Positions 47,914 through 58,341 are shown, counted from the first letter of the stretch. The stretch is DNA of 64,000 nt from Devosia sp. (GCA_041916675.1 JAYRZB010000005.1:121789-185788); one strand, 5' to 3'. The notes: a model not told the origin generated them from the letters alone. Program-made: numbers and translations.

Positions 47914-49644
47914 ATGACGACCCCCGACGCACCACGCGACAAACCCAGCTTTGGCGAGCTTTTTACGCCTAAACTGATCACTGTCTTGCGAGAGGGGTAC
48001 GGCCTTAAGGACCTGCGGGCGGACGCTATTGCCGGACTGACGGTGGCGATTGTCGCGCTGCCCCTATCGATGGCGATTGCGATAGCATCCGGTGCCTCGC
48101 CAGCGCAGGGCTTGTTCACTGCCATCGTTGGCGGATTCCTGATCTCCGCGCTTGGGGGCAGTCGCTTCCAGATCGGTGGGCCTGCAGGGGCGTTTATCGT
48201 CCTGGTGTCGGCCACGGTCAGTCGACACGGCATGGATGGGCTCTTGCTGGCCACGTTGATGGCGGGCGTCTTACTGTTGCTGATGGGGTTCCTGCGCCTT
48301 GGGACTTACATCAAGTTCATTCCCTATCCCGTCACGGTGGGGTTCACGGCGGGGATCGCGGTCATCATCTTTGCCAGCCAGATCAAGGATCTGTTCGGCT
48401 TGACCCTGCCTGGCAAGGAGCCGGGTGAGTTTATCGCCAAGATTGAAATGCTGTGGGCATCGCTGGGGACGATCAATTATGCCGCGGTTGCAGTGGCGGC
48501 GGCGACCATTGGGACTATTGCCGTGCTCAAGACGCTGCGCCCGCATTGGCCGGGAATGCTGTTTGCAGTGGCGGTTGGGGCGCTGGCGACGGGGTTGATG
48601 CACCTGCCGATCGAGACCATTGGCACCCGCTTCGGGGGCATTCCGAACTCCTTGCCTTTGCCGGCCCTGCCGGCTTTCTCGCTGGAGAAGGCGCAATCGG
48701 TGTTACCAAGTGCCATTTCGTTTGCGCTGCTGGGGGCAATTGAATCGCTGCTCTCGGCCGTGGTGGCCGATGGCATGACCGGGCGGCGGCATCGCTCGAA
48801 CATGGAACTGGTTGGCCAGGGTGTGGCCAATATCGGGTCGGCGCTGTTCGGTGGCATCTGCGCCACTGGAACGATTGCGCGTACCGCAACCAATGTGCGG
48901 GCGGGTGGGCGTACGCCGGTGGCGGGGATGCTGCATGCACTGTTCATTCTGCTGTTCATGCTGGTGGCAGCGCCGCTGGCGAGCTTTATTCCGCTGGCCT
49001 CGCTTGCGGGTGTGCTGGCGGTGGTGGCCTGGAACATGGCCGAGAAGCACGAGTTTACGGCGCTGATCCGTGCCTCGCGGGGCGACGCACTTGTGCTGCT
49101 GGCAACGTTCGGGCTGACTGTGTTCCGCGACCTGACTGAGGCGATTCTGGTCGGTTTTGCGCTGGGGGCACTGATTTTCATCAATCGCATGGCGCAGACT
49201 GCCGACGTGCAGGCGCAGGTGCCGCATGTGGCGGAGGATCAGGCGGATGATCGGGGCGATGATCGGGCGCCCTACGATTCCTCGGCCGCTTCCGATCGTG
49301 AGGTGGTGATCTATCGCATCACCGGCGCATTCTTTTTCGGCGCAGCATCAACAGTTGGCAGCGTGCTCGACCGCATTGCGGATGAGCACAAGGCCTTTGT
49401 CATCGATTTTTCGGCAGTGCCGTTTATCGATTCAACGGCGGCGAACACGATGGCAAGCGCAGCGCGCAAGGCCGGGCGGCAGAATGTGCTGGTCTATATT
49501 TCCGGCGCTTCGGCCGGAGTGCGGCGGGAACTGCTGGCGCATGGTGTTCGGCCGCCATTGGTCGAATTCGCTCCCGGTATCGCCGATGCAGTTGCCAGTG
49601 CCAGGGTAGCCATCGCGACGCCGTCGGGACCAGATTCGAGTTAA
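47914..49644 (+). CDS. SulP-family anion transporter with C-terminal STAS domain
   Basis: 576 aa. LRADAIAGLTVAIVALPLSMAIAIASG SulP signature, many TM segments, and STAS (VVIYRITGAFFFGAA...FIDSTAA). Confidence 0.9.
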   Translation: MTTPDAPRDKPSFGELFTPKLITVLREGYGLKDLRADAIAGLTVAIVALPLSMAIAIASGASPAQGLFTAIVGGFLISALGGSRFQIGGPAGAFIVLVSATVSRHGMDGLLLATLMAGVLLLLMGFLRLGTYIKFIPYPVTVGFTAGIAVIIFASQIKDLFGLTLPGKEPGEFIAKIEMLWASLGTINYAAVAVAAATIGTIAVLKTLRPHWPGMLFAVAVGALATGLMHLPIETIGTRFGGIPNSLPLPALPAFSLEKAQSVLPSAISFALLGAIESLLSAVVADGMTGRRHRSNMELVGQGVANIGSALFGGICATGTIARTATNVRAGGRTPVAGMLHALFILLFMLVAAPLASFIPLASLAGVLAVVAWNMAEKHEFTALIRASRGDALVLLATFGLTVFRDLTEAILVGFALGALIFINRMAQTADVQAQVPHVAEDQADDRGDDRAPYDSSAASDREVVIYRITGAFFFGAASTVGSVLDRIADEHKAFVIDFSAVPFIDSTAANTMASAARKAGRQNVLVYISGASAGVRRELLAHGVRPPLVEFAPGIADAVASARVAIATPSGPDSS

Positions 49645-49667
49645 CCCTTTCTTAAGCCTGCGCTTAG
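49640..49667 (+). promoter_or_regulatory. EPS-cluster motif copy 1 (GTTAACCCTTTCTTAAGCCTGCGCTTAG); its reverse strand is a perfect CtrA-box TTAA-N7-TTAAC
   Basis: Read directly from the sequence. Overlaps the SulP stop and ends 4 nt before the WecB/TagA ORF start. Confidence 0.45.
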
Positions 49668-49670
49668 GCC

Positions 49671-50492
49671 ATGGCGGCAACTGCGATACCTCTGGGGCGT
49701 GAAAACCCGGGTGTCGCCGTGAATACAGCATCGTTCAGATCGGCCTTTGAAATCGTCACTATCGGTGGGTTGCAGATTGCCGTTCTCAGCCGGGCCGAAA
49801 CAGCCGACCTGATGGTGCGCGCTGCAATCGAACGTCCCCGCGGCCAGCGGCCGCTCTATCTGACATCCGCCAATGGCGAGGTGATTGCTCGGGTCAACAG
49901 CGATGGCCGGGTCGCAAGCCTCTTTGACCAGGCTGATCAGATCGTCGCCGATGGGCAGCCTATGGTGATGGCCTCGCGTCGGTTCTGTCGCCGCCCTTTG
50001 CCTGAGCGGGTCGCCACCACCGATCTGTTCCACGACGTGGCCCGGCGGGCCGAGCGGTTGGGTCTGAGCTTTTATATGTTCGGGGCAACAGAGGCCGAAA
50101 ACCAGAAGGCCGTGCAGGCCGTGCGCCGTACCTATCCCAACCTGCGGATCGCTGGACACTGTCATGGTTTTCTCACAGGAGAGGCGCTGGACGCCAGGGT
50201 CAATGAGATCAACGCGGCGAGGCCCGATGTGTTGTGGCTGGCCATGGGCGTGCCGCGCGAGCAGGAGTTCGTGGCACGCTATGCCGACCAGTTGACGGAA
50301 GTGGGCATGATCAAGACCTCAGGCGGCCTGTTCAATTTCCTCTCGGGTGCCAACAGGCGGGCACCGGGCTGGATGCAGGCGGCAGGTCTTGAATGGGCCT
50401 GGCGGGTGATGATGGAGCCGCGACGCTTGTTCTGGCGCTATGCTGTGACCAATCCGGTGGCTATCTACCAGATGGTGCGGCGCTCAAGCTAA
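49671..50492 (+). CDS. WecB/TagA/CpsF-family glycosyltransferase
   Basis: 273 aa. LYLTSANGEVI, ADGQPMV, FYMFGA, and VLWLAMGVPREQEF, typical of the family. The exact start is uncertain. Confidence 0.85.
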   Translation: MAATAIPLGRENPGVAVNTASFRSAFEIVTIGGLQIAVLSRAETADLMVRAAIERPRGQRPLYLTSANGEVIARVNSDGRVASLFDQADQIVADGQPMVMASRRFCRRPLPERVATTDLFHDVARRAERLGLSFYMFGATEAENQKAVQAVRRTYPNLRIAGHCHGFLTGEALDARVNEINAARPDVLWLAMGVPREQEFVARYADQLTEVGMIKTSGGLFNFLSGANRRAPGWMQAAGLEWAWRVMMEPRRLFWRYAVTNPVAIYQMVRRSS

Positions 50493-51430
50493 GGCGCAGG
50501 CGGTGCCTTGTATGGCACTGGCGAGAACCCGAGGCTGGCCAAGGTGCGGCCAATCGACATCAGCAGTGGATGGCTCGCGGGCAGTAGTTTGCGGGTGCGG
50601 GCCAGCATGATGACTGACCGCAGCACCGACAACCCAAGGCTGCCAACGTTCTTGGCCAGGACTTTCGCGACGCCGAAAGGTGAACCGGCGCGAAGGCGAT
50701 CAATGGTGTAGTTGATCGAGCCGGTTCGCAGTGAACGGGCCATCAGCCAGCGGGCCGAGACGCGGTCAGATGGTACGAATTCTAGGATGCGAGCCTCGGC
50801 GCACCAAGCGAATCGGAAGCCGGCGGTGCGGCAACGGGTAAAGAAATCCATGTCCCCGCCGCCAAGGAAATTGAACCGGATATCAAAGTCGGGGCGTGAG
50901 AGGCCATCAAAAACACGGCGCCGGATGAGGCAATTGCCTGAGCCGTGAATGATATCAACCGGGCCGGTCGCGGCCGGAATTGAGCCAAACAGCGGATGCT
51001 GGCGAATGGCTTCGGAGGCTTCGACTTCGAACGTCCTGTCTACAGGGCCGCCAACAATATCGGCCCCAAAACGGTCGGCGGTTTCGACGATTGATTTCAG
51101 CCAATCAGGATCAGCGGTTTCGTCGTCATCGATCATGGCAAAGTATTCGGCGGAGGGGAAGGTTTCGCGGGCGGCGCGGAAGGCGCGGTTGATGGCGTGG
51201 CAATTGCCCTGCTCGGCCTCAACCGCCACAAGACCGGGACGCCCGGTTTGCGCAAGAAAGGTCCGCGCGACCTCAGCGCCAAGTGGGTTACTGACATCAT
51301 TGTCGACGACAACAATCGCAAAGCCGAAGTCGGCGGTCTGTTGGTCGAGTGAGGCAAGGGTGCGCCCGAGCCATTCCGGGCGCCGGAAGGTGGGGATGCA
51401 GACGACAGCCTTGATGGTTGGATCGGGCAT
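50489..51430 (-). CDS. family 2 glycosyltransferase
   Basis: Start at MPDPTIKAVVCIPTFRRPEWLGRTLASL (ATG 51430). GT-A fold with VVDNDV and DDDE motifs. Confidence 0.85.
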   Translation of the reverse strand: MPDPTIKAVVCIPTFRRPEWLGRTLASLDQQTADFGFAIVVVDNDVSNPLGAEVARTFLAQTGRPGLVAVEAEQGNCHAINRAFRAARETFPSAEYFAMIDDDETADPDWLKSIVETADRFGADIVGGPVDRTFEVEASEAIRQHPLFGSIPAATGPVDIIHGSGNCLIRRRVFDGLSRPDFDIRFNFLGGGDMDFFTRCRTAGFRFAWCAEARILEFVPSDRVSARWLMARSLRTGSINYTIDRLRAGSPFGVAKVLAKNVGSLGLSVLRSVIMLARTRKLLPASHPLLMSIGRTLASLGFSPVPYKAPPAP

Positions 51431-51437
51431 TGTGGCC

Positions 51438-52346
51438 TCAAATACCGGCCAGGGCTGCCCCTGACATGAGCAGCAGGCGTGGGGTCTGGGTAGGGTGGCG
51501 AACAAGCATCCGGGCGAGTGCCGGAAGGGCGCGCCCGTAGCGCCGCGCTCGGATCGACTGGGTAACGAGATAGCCGCCGAGATGGGCCTCGGCACGCCGC
51601 ATCAGACTGGTGCGCTGTTCCGGGCTGACATGGCTCATCAGCATTGCATCGGCAAAGATGGCCTCGATCGCCGGCCGGTAGTCTTCGAGGGTGACCGTTG
51701 CGCCCATCATGGCGCTTTGGTCGTGCACGCGATAGTCGAGGACGTGCAGGCCGGGCCGATAAACTATCGGCCCGGTGGCCGCCAAGCGGCACCAGGCATA
51801 CCAGTCTTCGCAATAGCGCAGGCCCGCATCAAACCCGCCCAGGTCCCTGAAGGGGGCAGTGCGGATAAGCATCACGCCGCCATTGACGATGAAATTGCCG
51901 GCCAGCAGCCGGGGCAGGATATCGCCTGAGGGTTTTGCTCTCTTACGGATCAGGTTGCGATGCCCGATGGGTTTGCCGCTGACCCCGATGCGCTCGTAGT
52001 CGCCATAAACGGCGATCGCGTCGCCTGCCTGCGCGATCAGGGCGGCGAGGGCGCCGGGGCGCAGGCGGTCATCGGCATCAAGAAACATCACCCACTCGCC
52101 GGTCGCTGCGGCAAGGCCGGTGTTGCGCACCACCGAGACACCACCGGGTGACATTAACGGGCGGGACAGTAGTCTGACGCGCGGATCGGCAATGGAAGAG
52201 ACGATATTGCAGGTTTTGTCGGTTGATCCGTCATCGACAACCAGAACTTGGGCGACGAGGTCGCCCTGGGCCAAGGCGCTATTGATGGCTTCGGCAATGA
52301 ATGCGGCCCCGTTGCGCACTGGAATGACGATGGAGATGGCGGGCAT
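51438..52346 (-). CDS. family 2 glycosyltransferase
   Basis: Start at MPAISIVIPVRNGAAFI (ATG 52346, with AGGAGA upstream). VVDDGSTD and LDADD motifs. Confidence 0.85.
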   Translation of the reverse strand: MPAISIVIPVRNGAAFIAEAINSALAQGDLVAQVLVVDDGSTDKTCNIVSSIADPRVRLLSRPLMSPGGVSVVRNTGLAAATGEWVMFLDADDRLRPGALAALIAQAGDAIAVYGDYERIGVSGKPIGHRNLIRKRAKPSGDILPRLLAGNFIVNGGVMLIRTAPFRDLGGFDAGLRYCEDWYAWCRLAATGPIVYRPGLHVLDYRVHDQSAMMGATVTLEDYRPAIEAIFADAMLMSHVSPEQRTSLMRRAEAHLGGYLVTQSIRARRYGRALPALARMLVRHPTQTPRLLLMSGAALAGI

Positions 52347-52433
52347 GGGGGTCTCCTGCTGGCACAACCTATAGTCGCAGCGGGGACAAAGCGCATGTGA
52401 TGCGTCAACCCTTGGTTAACGAAAGACGGGGCA

Positions 52434-52460
52434 GTTAACCCTTTCTTTAGCCTCACGTTC
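52434..52460 (+). promoter_or_regulatory. EPS-cluster motif copy 2 (GTTAACCCTTTCTTTAGCCTCACGTTC)
   Basis: In the divergent GT2/GH10 intergenic region, about 50 nt upstream of GH10 ATG 52510. Confidence 0.45.
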
Positions 52461-52509
52461 AGCGCCGCCAGAGGCTTGGATACAATGGGGTGAACCCAAT
52501 GGATACACC

Positions 52510-53574
52510 ATGCCGCTGACGCGCCGCGAACTGATTGAGAAGGCCCTCGGGGCCGCGGCGGCCTCCGCCTTCGGGACTTTGCCCGCGCTCGGGGCGCAGG
52601 GTGGGCGCGTACCCTATGGGGCAGCGCTCTATCTGCCCGACCTGACCGCCGATGTGCGGGTCGGGCGGGCTATTATTGAGCACTGCAATCGTGTGTCGCC
52701 GGTCAGCGAACTGAAATGGAATACGTTGCGGCCAAGCGATGGCGTGTTTGATTTCGCCTCTGGCGACGCCATCGCTGATTTCGCCCGGACCAACAAGCTG
52801 GCCATGCATGGCCATACGCTGATCTGGTATGCGGACATGCCCGACTGGGTGCGTGCCTATGACGGGCATCAGGGCGGTGAACGGCTCATGGCCGAGCATA
52901 TCGAGACGGTTGCCGCGCACTATGCCGGTACGATCGCAAGCTGGGACGTTGTGAACGAACCTATTCCTGACGCAGCCCCCGATGAAACGACGCTGCGCGA
53001 TGGCTTCTGGCTCAACCGTATGGGCAAATCCTATGTCGGTACGGCCTTCAGGCTGGCCCATGCAGCAGCGCCGCAAGCCCTGCTGGTGCTCAACGAGTAC
53101 GATATTGAATTTGCCGTTGACCGGTCTCCGGCCAAGCGCGCCGCCTTCCGGAGGCTGGTGCTGGACCTGCTTGATGAAGGCGCGCCGATTGGGGCCATTG
53201 GGTTGCAGGGCCACCTGCGGGGTGGCTGGCCGATTGCCAAAGACGAACTGGCGGCCTTTGTTGCCGAGATGCGCGACCTGGGGCTCAAGGTTCTGGTGAC
53301 GGAGCTTGACGTGCAGGACCAGGACCTGCCAGGGCCGGAAGCAGAGCGTGACAACCTGATCGCCAGGCAGGTCTATGATTTTCTCGAGGCCGTGACGGAT
53401 TCAGGGCCGCTGGAATCGCTGACGACCTGGGGCATTTCGGACCAGTACAGCTGGGTGCGCTGGGCCTATCCGCGGACCGATGGCACGCACAACCGGCCAT
53501 TGCCGCTGGACTGGGATTTCGAACCTAAACCGTTCAAGGTCGTGATCGACCACTTTCTGAAAAAGACCACGTGA
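52510..53574 (+). CDS. Tat-exported glycoside hydrolase family 10 (endo-1,4-beta-xylanase-like)
   Basis: 354 aa. Twin-arginine leader MPLTRRELIEKALGAAAASAF. GH10 catalytic motifs WDVVNEP (acid/base) and VTELDV (nucleophile). Confidence 0.85.
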   Translation: MPLTRRELIEKALGAAAASAFGTLPALGAQGGRVPYGAALYLPDLTADVRVGRAIIEHCNRVSPVSELKWNTLRPSDGVFDFASGDAIADFARTNKLAMHGHTLIWYADMPDWVRAYDGHQGGERLMAEHIETVAAHYAGTIASWDVVNEPIPDAAPDETTLRDGFWLNRMGKSYVGTAFRLAHAAAPQALLVLNEYDIEFAVDRSPAKRAAFRRLVLDLLDEGAPIGAIGLQGHLRGGWPIAKDELAAFVAEMRDLGLKVLVTELDVQDQDLPGPEAERDNLIARQVYDFLEAVTDSGPLESLTTWGISDQYSWVRWAYPRTDGTHNRPLPLDWDFEPKPFKVVIDHFLKKTT

Positions 53575-54656
53575 TGGCGCATGACCTGACCCCGCCGATG
53601 CGCGTGGCCCTGCAGATCAACATGCATCCGCACGATGTGCGCCATGTCACGCAGACCCTGCCGCATCAGTTGCGACAGTGGCGCAATCAGGTTGACCGCA
53701 TTGTGCTGACCATCGACATGCGCCAATCCGCCTCGGGCCGCTACCGCGCGGCGGACTATGAGGAAAATCGCGACAGGCTGCTCAGCTATCTTGAAAGCCT
53801 GGCGGCGGAGATTCCCGAGCTGGTGATCGATCCGGTGGTCTATCAGGGTACCGTCCGCGAAGCCGTTGAACGGCGGTTTTTCGGGACGCCCGGCCTGATG
53901 CCCGAAAAGGCCTTCGATGGTGGGCCCTTCTATGTCTATTTCTTTGGGCTGATGCGCGCCAACTGCCGCTACGTCTTACACATGGACAGTGACATGCTGT
54001 TTGGCGGTGGCAGCACGACCTGGATTGCCGAGGCCATCGCTGCGCTGGAAGCCAATCCGCAGGCGCTGGCCATTTGCCCGTTCCCCGGACCGCCACGCGC
54101 CGACGGTACGCTGGACCCGGCGCTGCACATGGGGTTTCCGGGGCTGGTGGCGCCCAGTGCCCCACAAAGGCTTGAACTCGGATCGCCGGCCTATCGATTT
54201 GACGGCGTCAGTACCCGCATCTTCATGATCGATATGGCACGTTTCGATGCGGAAGCGGCGCCACTGGCGCTCACGCGTCCCGATTGGCGCCGACGGCTGC
54301 GCTCGCGGGTGTTTGGCCACCAGCCGGTGTCCATGCCAGCCGAGGAAGTGCTCTCGGCCAACATGAGGGCAAGGGGACTGTTCCGCATTGACATGCTGGG
54401 AAGCGGCGAGGGTGCGTTCTCGTTGCATCCCCCTTATCGGTCGGCCGAGTTCTATGCTGCGCTGCCCGGCCTGATCGCCCGCATTGAGGCCGATGATATT
54501 CCAGACGGACAGCGCGGCGATTACGACGTCAATGCCAGCATGGTGGACTGGACCAGCGCGCTGCGCGAAAAGGCGCGCGCCAAGCGCTATCGCAAGGCGT
54601 TTCGGCAATTACTCGACGTGCATTTGGGCAGGATACTGCCGCGTGGCCGACCCTAG
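53571..54656 (+). CDS. hypothetical protein, possible GT-A-like nucleotide-sugar transferase (HMDSDMLF = DxD-like)
   Basis: 361 aa, good GC3. The start (GTG 53571 or ATG 53574) overlaps the GH10 stop. No family recognised with confidence. Confidence 0.5.
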   Translation: MMAHDLTPPMRVALQINMHPHDVRHVTQTLPHQLRQWRNQVDRIVLTIDMRQSASGRYRAADYEENRDRLLSYLESLAAEIPELVIDPVVYQGTVREAVERRFFGTPGLMPEKAFDGGPFYVYFFGLMRANCRYVLHMDSDMLFGGGSTTWIAEAIAALEANPQALAICPFPGPPRADGTLDPALHMGFPGLVAPSAPQRLELGSPAYRFDGVSTRIFMIDMARFDAEAAPLALTRPDWRRRLRSRVFGHQPVSMPAEEVLSANMRARGLFRIDMLGSGEGAFSLHPPYRSAEFYAALPGLIARIEADDIPDGQRGDYDVNASMVDWTSALREKARAKRYRKAFRQLLDVHLGRILPRGRP

Positions 54657-55408
54657 TCGAACCCCAGTGACTTGAGCGCCGCGCCCACGGTCAGAACGTC
54701 GCATTTGCGCATTTGGGCATAGGCGACCAATCCATCGAGCTCTTCTGGCGTGCAGCCATAGAGCCCCGGACGGCTGGTGACTTCGTGGGTGAAAAAGATC
54801 AGCCAACCCGGGTTGGATGCGGCCGCGTCGATCCAGCGCCGCAGGCCGCCATTGCATTCTGAGTGATTGCGGATTTCGACGGCGCGCAGGTTGTGCAAGT
54901 CGGTGCCGAGCCGATTGATACCGGGCGTGCCCCCGCGGGCACTGCTGTACCGCCTGCGCATGGAAGGTTGGGCGGGGGGCCACATCATGGTGTAGGGCGT
55001 GGCAAAGCTTCTTGGTCCATCACCGGTGGTGATGCTGTCAAGAAATGCCCGGTTGCGGTCGAGATCCTGTTCCAGGTCGCGTTGGCTGAGATCACGCAGG
55101 CGCTGGTGCCCGAACGTGTGGCAGGCCAACTCGTGGCCGCGAAGGGCGAGTTCCTCACAGCCCCGATGGGAAATGGGCATCCAATCTGCGCCCGCGCTAT
55201 CCACTATGCTGCCAGCAAGATAGTAGGTGCCTCGGACCCCGCGCGCCTCAAGCACCGCCGCCCCTTCATGCAGGGCCGATGCCGGAACATCATCGAACGT
55301 GAATGACACGATAGGTCGAGGCGGGGCGATATCGTGGCGCGGTGAAGGTGCGAGCCTGACAACACTATTGGCGATCCGGTCAATGACGCCGCCGACTCGA
55401 TTAGGCAA
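54653..55408 (-). CDS. polysaccharide deacetylase (CE4) family protein
   Basis: FTFDDVPAS (TFDD motif 1) and HTFGH (motif 2). TTG start overlaps the upstream stop. Confidence 0.85.
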   Translation of the reverse strand: MPNRVGGVIDRIANSVVRLAPSPRHDIAPPRPIVSFTFDDVPASALHEGAAVLEARGVRGTYYLAGSIVDSAGADWMPISHRGCEELALRGHELACHTFGHQRLRDLSQRDLEQDLDRNRAFLDSITTGDGPRSFATPYTMMWPPAQPSMRRRYSSARGGTPGINRLGTDLHNLRAVEIRNHSECNGGLRRWIDAAASNPGWLIFFTHEVTSRPGLYGCTPEELDGLVAYAQMRKCDVLTVGAALKSLGFD

Positions 55409-56735
55409 TCTGTCCCCCCGTAGTCAGGTCAGGATTTGAAACGAGGTGTGCCCGACCCTGAAGGCGCAGGCCGAAGACGGCGAAAAGAGCACTGAACCAG
55501 ATCGGTCCGATGCCGGTGAAGAATATGCTTTCGAGACAGGCAGTCAGAATGGCGAAAACCCAGATACGGGTGAACAGCCGGGTGAGAGTGGCGTTATTGT
55601 TCCCGCCTGCTGCGCGCCGGAAATCGCGCAGCGGAAGCAGGATCAGCCAGATGATGGTCAGCACAAAGCCGGGAATTCCGGCATTGAGCAGCGTTTCGAT
55701 GTAAGCGTTGTGCGCGTGGCTGGCAGTGACGGCCCAACTGGCATAGTCACCGCCGGCGTCGACGGACAGTCCGGTCTGCCAGAACGACTGGAAGCCAAAG
55801 CCGGTCAATGGCTGGTCGAGAACAGCATTGAGCGAGAGGTTCCAGATATCGGCGCGGGCCGTAAACGTGGGGTCGATCCCTAACGAGGCGACGAAGGCCC
55901 GGATGGGCTCTGACACCGCCGCGCCGACGGTGAGAGTGTTCATCAAGACCAGGCCGCCCAGCACGAGCCACGGTGCTGCACCCGGCCTGCGCTCGATGAG
56001 GAAGACAAAACCGAGAACGACCGGGAGCATGGCAGCGGCAGTTTTGCCGCCAGTCTGCCAGAGAAAGACGGCGGCCAGCGCCACGATCAGCCAGCCGCCC
56101 CGGCGCGACCAGGCGTCCTTGAGGTAGAGGCCGCAGAAGATGATGACGACCATGGCAGGGGCGGCGAAATTCTTGTGGTTGAAGACGCCGCGCCAATCGC
56201 CGGCCAGTGTTGGCTCGACCAGATCGGTGGCCTGGTGAATGGCCCTGTCGGGCAGCAGCAGGACGCCGATGTAGCTCAGCCCAAGGATGGTCAGGACCGA
56301 GGCAGCCAGCAGACCGGCGAAATGGGACTGGTTGCGGGGAAGCAGCAGCAAGGCGCCTGCCCCGATGCAGATTGTGAGGCTGATGAACAACCGCCGCAGT
56401 GCCGCGCCGGCATCCGGGCCAAGCATGGATGCGATGGCCATCCAGCCGAGCAGGCCCAGGATGAGGAGCCGGGGCTGCAGCATCATTGACCGGTTGGGAA
56501 GGCGCGCGAAATAGGCAATCACGCCCAGCATCATGGCGGCGGCAACCACCTGATTGAGCGCATTGGCAAAGCCACCGGTCTCGGCAAGGCTTTCGAAGGG
56601 CACGGCCGACATCGTAGAGAAGAGGAAGATGAAAACGAACAGGGCCGATGCGCCAGCACTGCGGGCGGCAGTGGTCCCCCGGGGTGCTGCCGCGTCCCCA
56701 TCCCACCGGCCAAGGCTGATGTTCGTCAGGCTCAT
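55401..56735 (-). CDS. O-antigen ligase/Wzy-like polymerase family membrane protein
   Basis: 444 aa, roughly 10-12 TM segments. AHNAYIETLLNAGIPGFVL is the Wzy_C-type motif. ATGA overlap with the upstream gene. Confidence 0.8.
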   Translation of the reverse strand: MSLTNISLGRWDGDAAAPRGTTAARSAGASALFVFIFLFSTMSAVPFESLAETGGFANALNQVVAAAMMLGVIAYFARLPNRSMMLQPRLLILGLLGWMAIASMLGPDAGAALRRLFISLTICIGAGALLLLPRNQSHFAGLLAASVLTILGLSYIGVLLLPDRAIHQATDLVEPTLAGDWRGVFNHKNFAAPAMVVIIFCGLYLKDAWSRRGGWLIVALAAVFLWQTGGKTAAAMLPVVLGFVFLIERRPGAAPWLVLGGLVLMNTLTVGAAVSEPIRAFVASLGIDPTFTARADIWNLSLNAVLDQPLTGFGFQSFWQTGLSVDAGGDYASWAVTASHAHNAYIETLLNAGIPGFVLTIIWLILLPLRDFRRAAGGNNNATLTRLFTRIWVFAILTACLESIFFTGIGPIWFSALFAVFGLRLQGRAHLVSNPDLTTGGQIA

Positions 56736-58228
56736 TCCTGCCTGCGGGCCTTGAGCAGGGCCAGAAACCCGAAGAGGCAGGCAAGCGCCGCGCCGCCGCC
56801 AATACCAAGGGCAGTGCCCACCATCATCAGCAGCATGGTCCGAGGCGGCCAGCTGCGTGCCTCGGGCGGGAAGGCCGATGAGATGACGCGCACGTTGGTG
56901 GTGTCGATCTGTTCGCGCTCGGCGACCTGCCCGGCCCGCACGAGGAAGGATTGATAGACGTTCGCCTGCGCCTCGGCATCGCGCTCAAGCTCGCGCAGCT
57001 TGACCATGGCCGCGCCGTCAGCGGAAACGCTTGAACGGATGTCCCCTGCTTCCTGATTGAGCTGGTCCAGCACGGCCCTGGCCTGGTCGAGCTCGCTGCG
57101 GGCGGCGGCAGTCAGCCGGTCAAGCTCGAGTTTGATCTCGTTGGCAATGCTGTCAAGCTGAGGCTGAAGCGCGGTGATGCGGGGATGGCGCGGGCCGAAA
57201 ACGACGGCCTGGGAGTCTATTTCCTGCTTGATGGTGGCATACTGGGCCCGCAGCGCCGCGACGGTTTCCGAGGTGACGCCTGACGCTCCTTCGAGGCCAC
57301 GGGCCTGGGCCAGAACCAGATCATCATAGCGGGCCTGCGCTGCGATCACCCGCCCCTGGGCCTCGACGACTTGCAGGTTGATCTGGGTCAGCGATTGGGA
57401 GCTGATCAGTTCGCCAGCACTCGACTGCAGTCCGTTCTCGCGGCGGAAGTCTTCAACGCGCTGCTCGGCGGCGGCGACGGACGCGCGCAGTTCTTCGACC
57501 CGCTGGCTCAGAATGGCCGCCGTGCGCCCGGCGCCGTCGCTTTCCGCCTGCGCTAATTCGGCCTGGAAGGCCGTGACCATCGTGTTGGAGATGAGCACTG
57601 CCTTGTTGGGGTCTTCGGCCCAGACCGAAAGGCTGACCACGAATGAGCGTTCTTCGCGCATGGCTTCGATGCGTTTGGACAGGCTGCGAACCGCGGCGAG
57701 CGTCTTGTCGCCTTCAGGCGCATTGGGCGACGAATTCAGAAAAGGCAGGGAAAGCAAGGGCTCGCCGCCGACGAATTCTGGGTCCTTGTCGAGTTCGAGC
57801 ACGTTGACAACGCGGGTAAGCAGGTTGCCGGAGGTCAAGACCCGCATCTTGCTTTCGACGGTGAGCAACTGGGAGTCGCGCTGCGGGTTCTGCCCGAACA
57901 GGTCATCGGAGACAACCTGCAGGCTGACCGGATCGATCAGGATATCGGCGTAGGTGGTGTAGCGCGCCTTCGCGAAGGTGCCAAAGCCCAGGCCCCCTGC
58001 GGCACCAAGGACGCCGAGGGCGATAATTGCGGGGAGTCCGCGGCGGAGCCAAGCCAGAATCTGGGGCAGGTCGACCGAGCCAACGGCGTCCCATTCTGGC
58101 ACAGATTGGGCAGGGCGCCCTGACTTGGCGGGTGCCGGATGGTTAACCGTGCTGGCGTCGAGACGGGCGTAACGCCGGGCCGGATTGGGCAGGGCGCCCT
58201 TCGGACTGCGATCGAACGTTTCGTACAT
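56732..58228 (-). CDS. polysaccharide co-polymerase (Wzz/GumC/ExoP N-terminal type) without a kinase domain
   Basis: 498 aa. N-terminal TM, long coiled-coil periplasmic region, C-terminal TM (LLMMVGTALGIGGGAALACLFGFL). No Walker-type tyrosine kinase tail. Confidence 0.85.
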   Translation of the reverse strand: MYETFDRSPKGALPNPARRYARLDASTVNHPAPAKSGRPAQSVPEWDAVGSVDLPQILAWLRRGLPAIIALGVLGAAGGLGFGTFAKARYTTYADILIDPVSLQVVSDDLFGQNPQRDSQLLTVESKMRVLTSGNLLTRVVNVLELDKDPEFVGGEPLLSLPFLNSSPNAPEGDKTLAAVRSLSKRIEAMREERSFVVSLSVWAEDPNKAVLISNTMVTAFQAELAQAESDGAGRTAAILSQRVEELRASVAAAEQRVEDFRRENGLQSSAGELISSQSLTQINLQVVEAQGRVIAAQARYDDLVLAQARGLEGASGVTSETVAALRAQYATIKQEIDSQAVVFGPRHPRITALQPQLDSIANEIKLELDRLTAAARSELDQARAVLDQLNQEAGDIRSSVSADGAAMVKLRELERDAEAQANVYQSFLVRAGQVAEREQIDTTNVRVISSAFPPEARSWPPRTMLLMMVGTALGIGGGAALACLFGFLALLKARRQE

Positions 58229-58341
58229 TGGCTCACCATTCCCAGCTCGAACAAGCTTTTCAAGCGGCTGTTATAGACGAGCGATCAGTAACGAAGGATG
58301 CAATTGCCAAAACTGGTTAAGACTGGCGGTGGTTAACCGCG

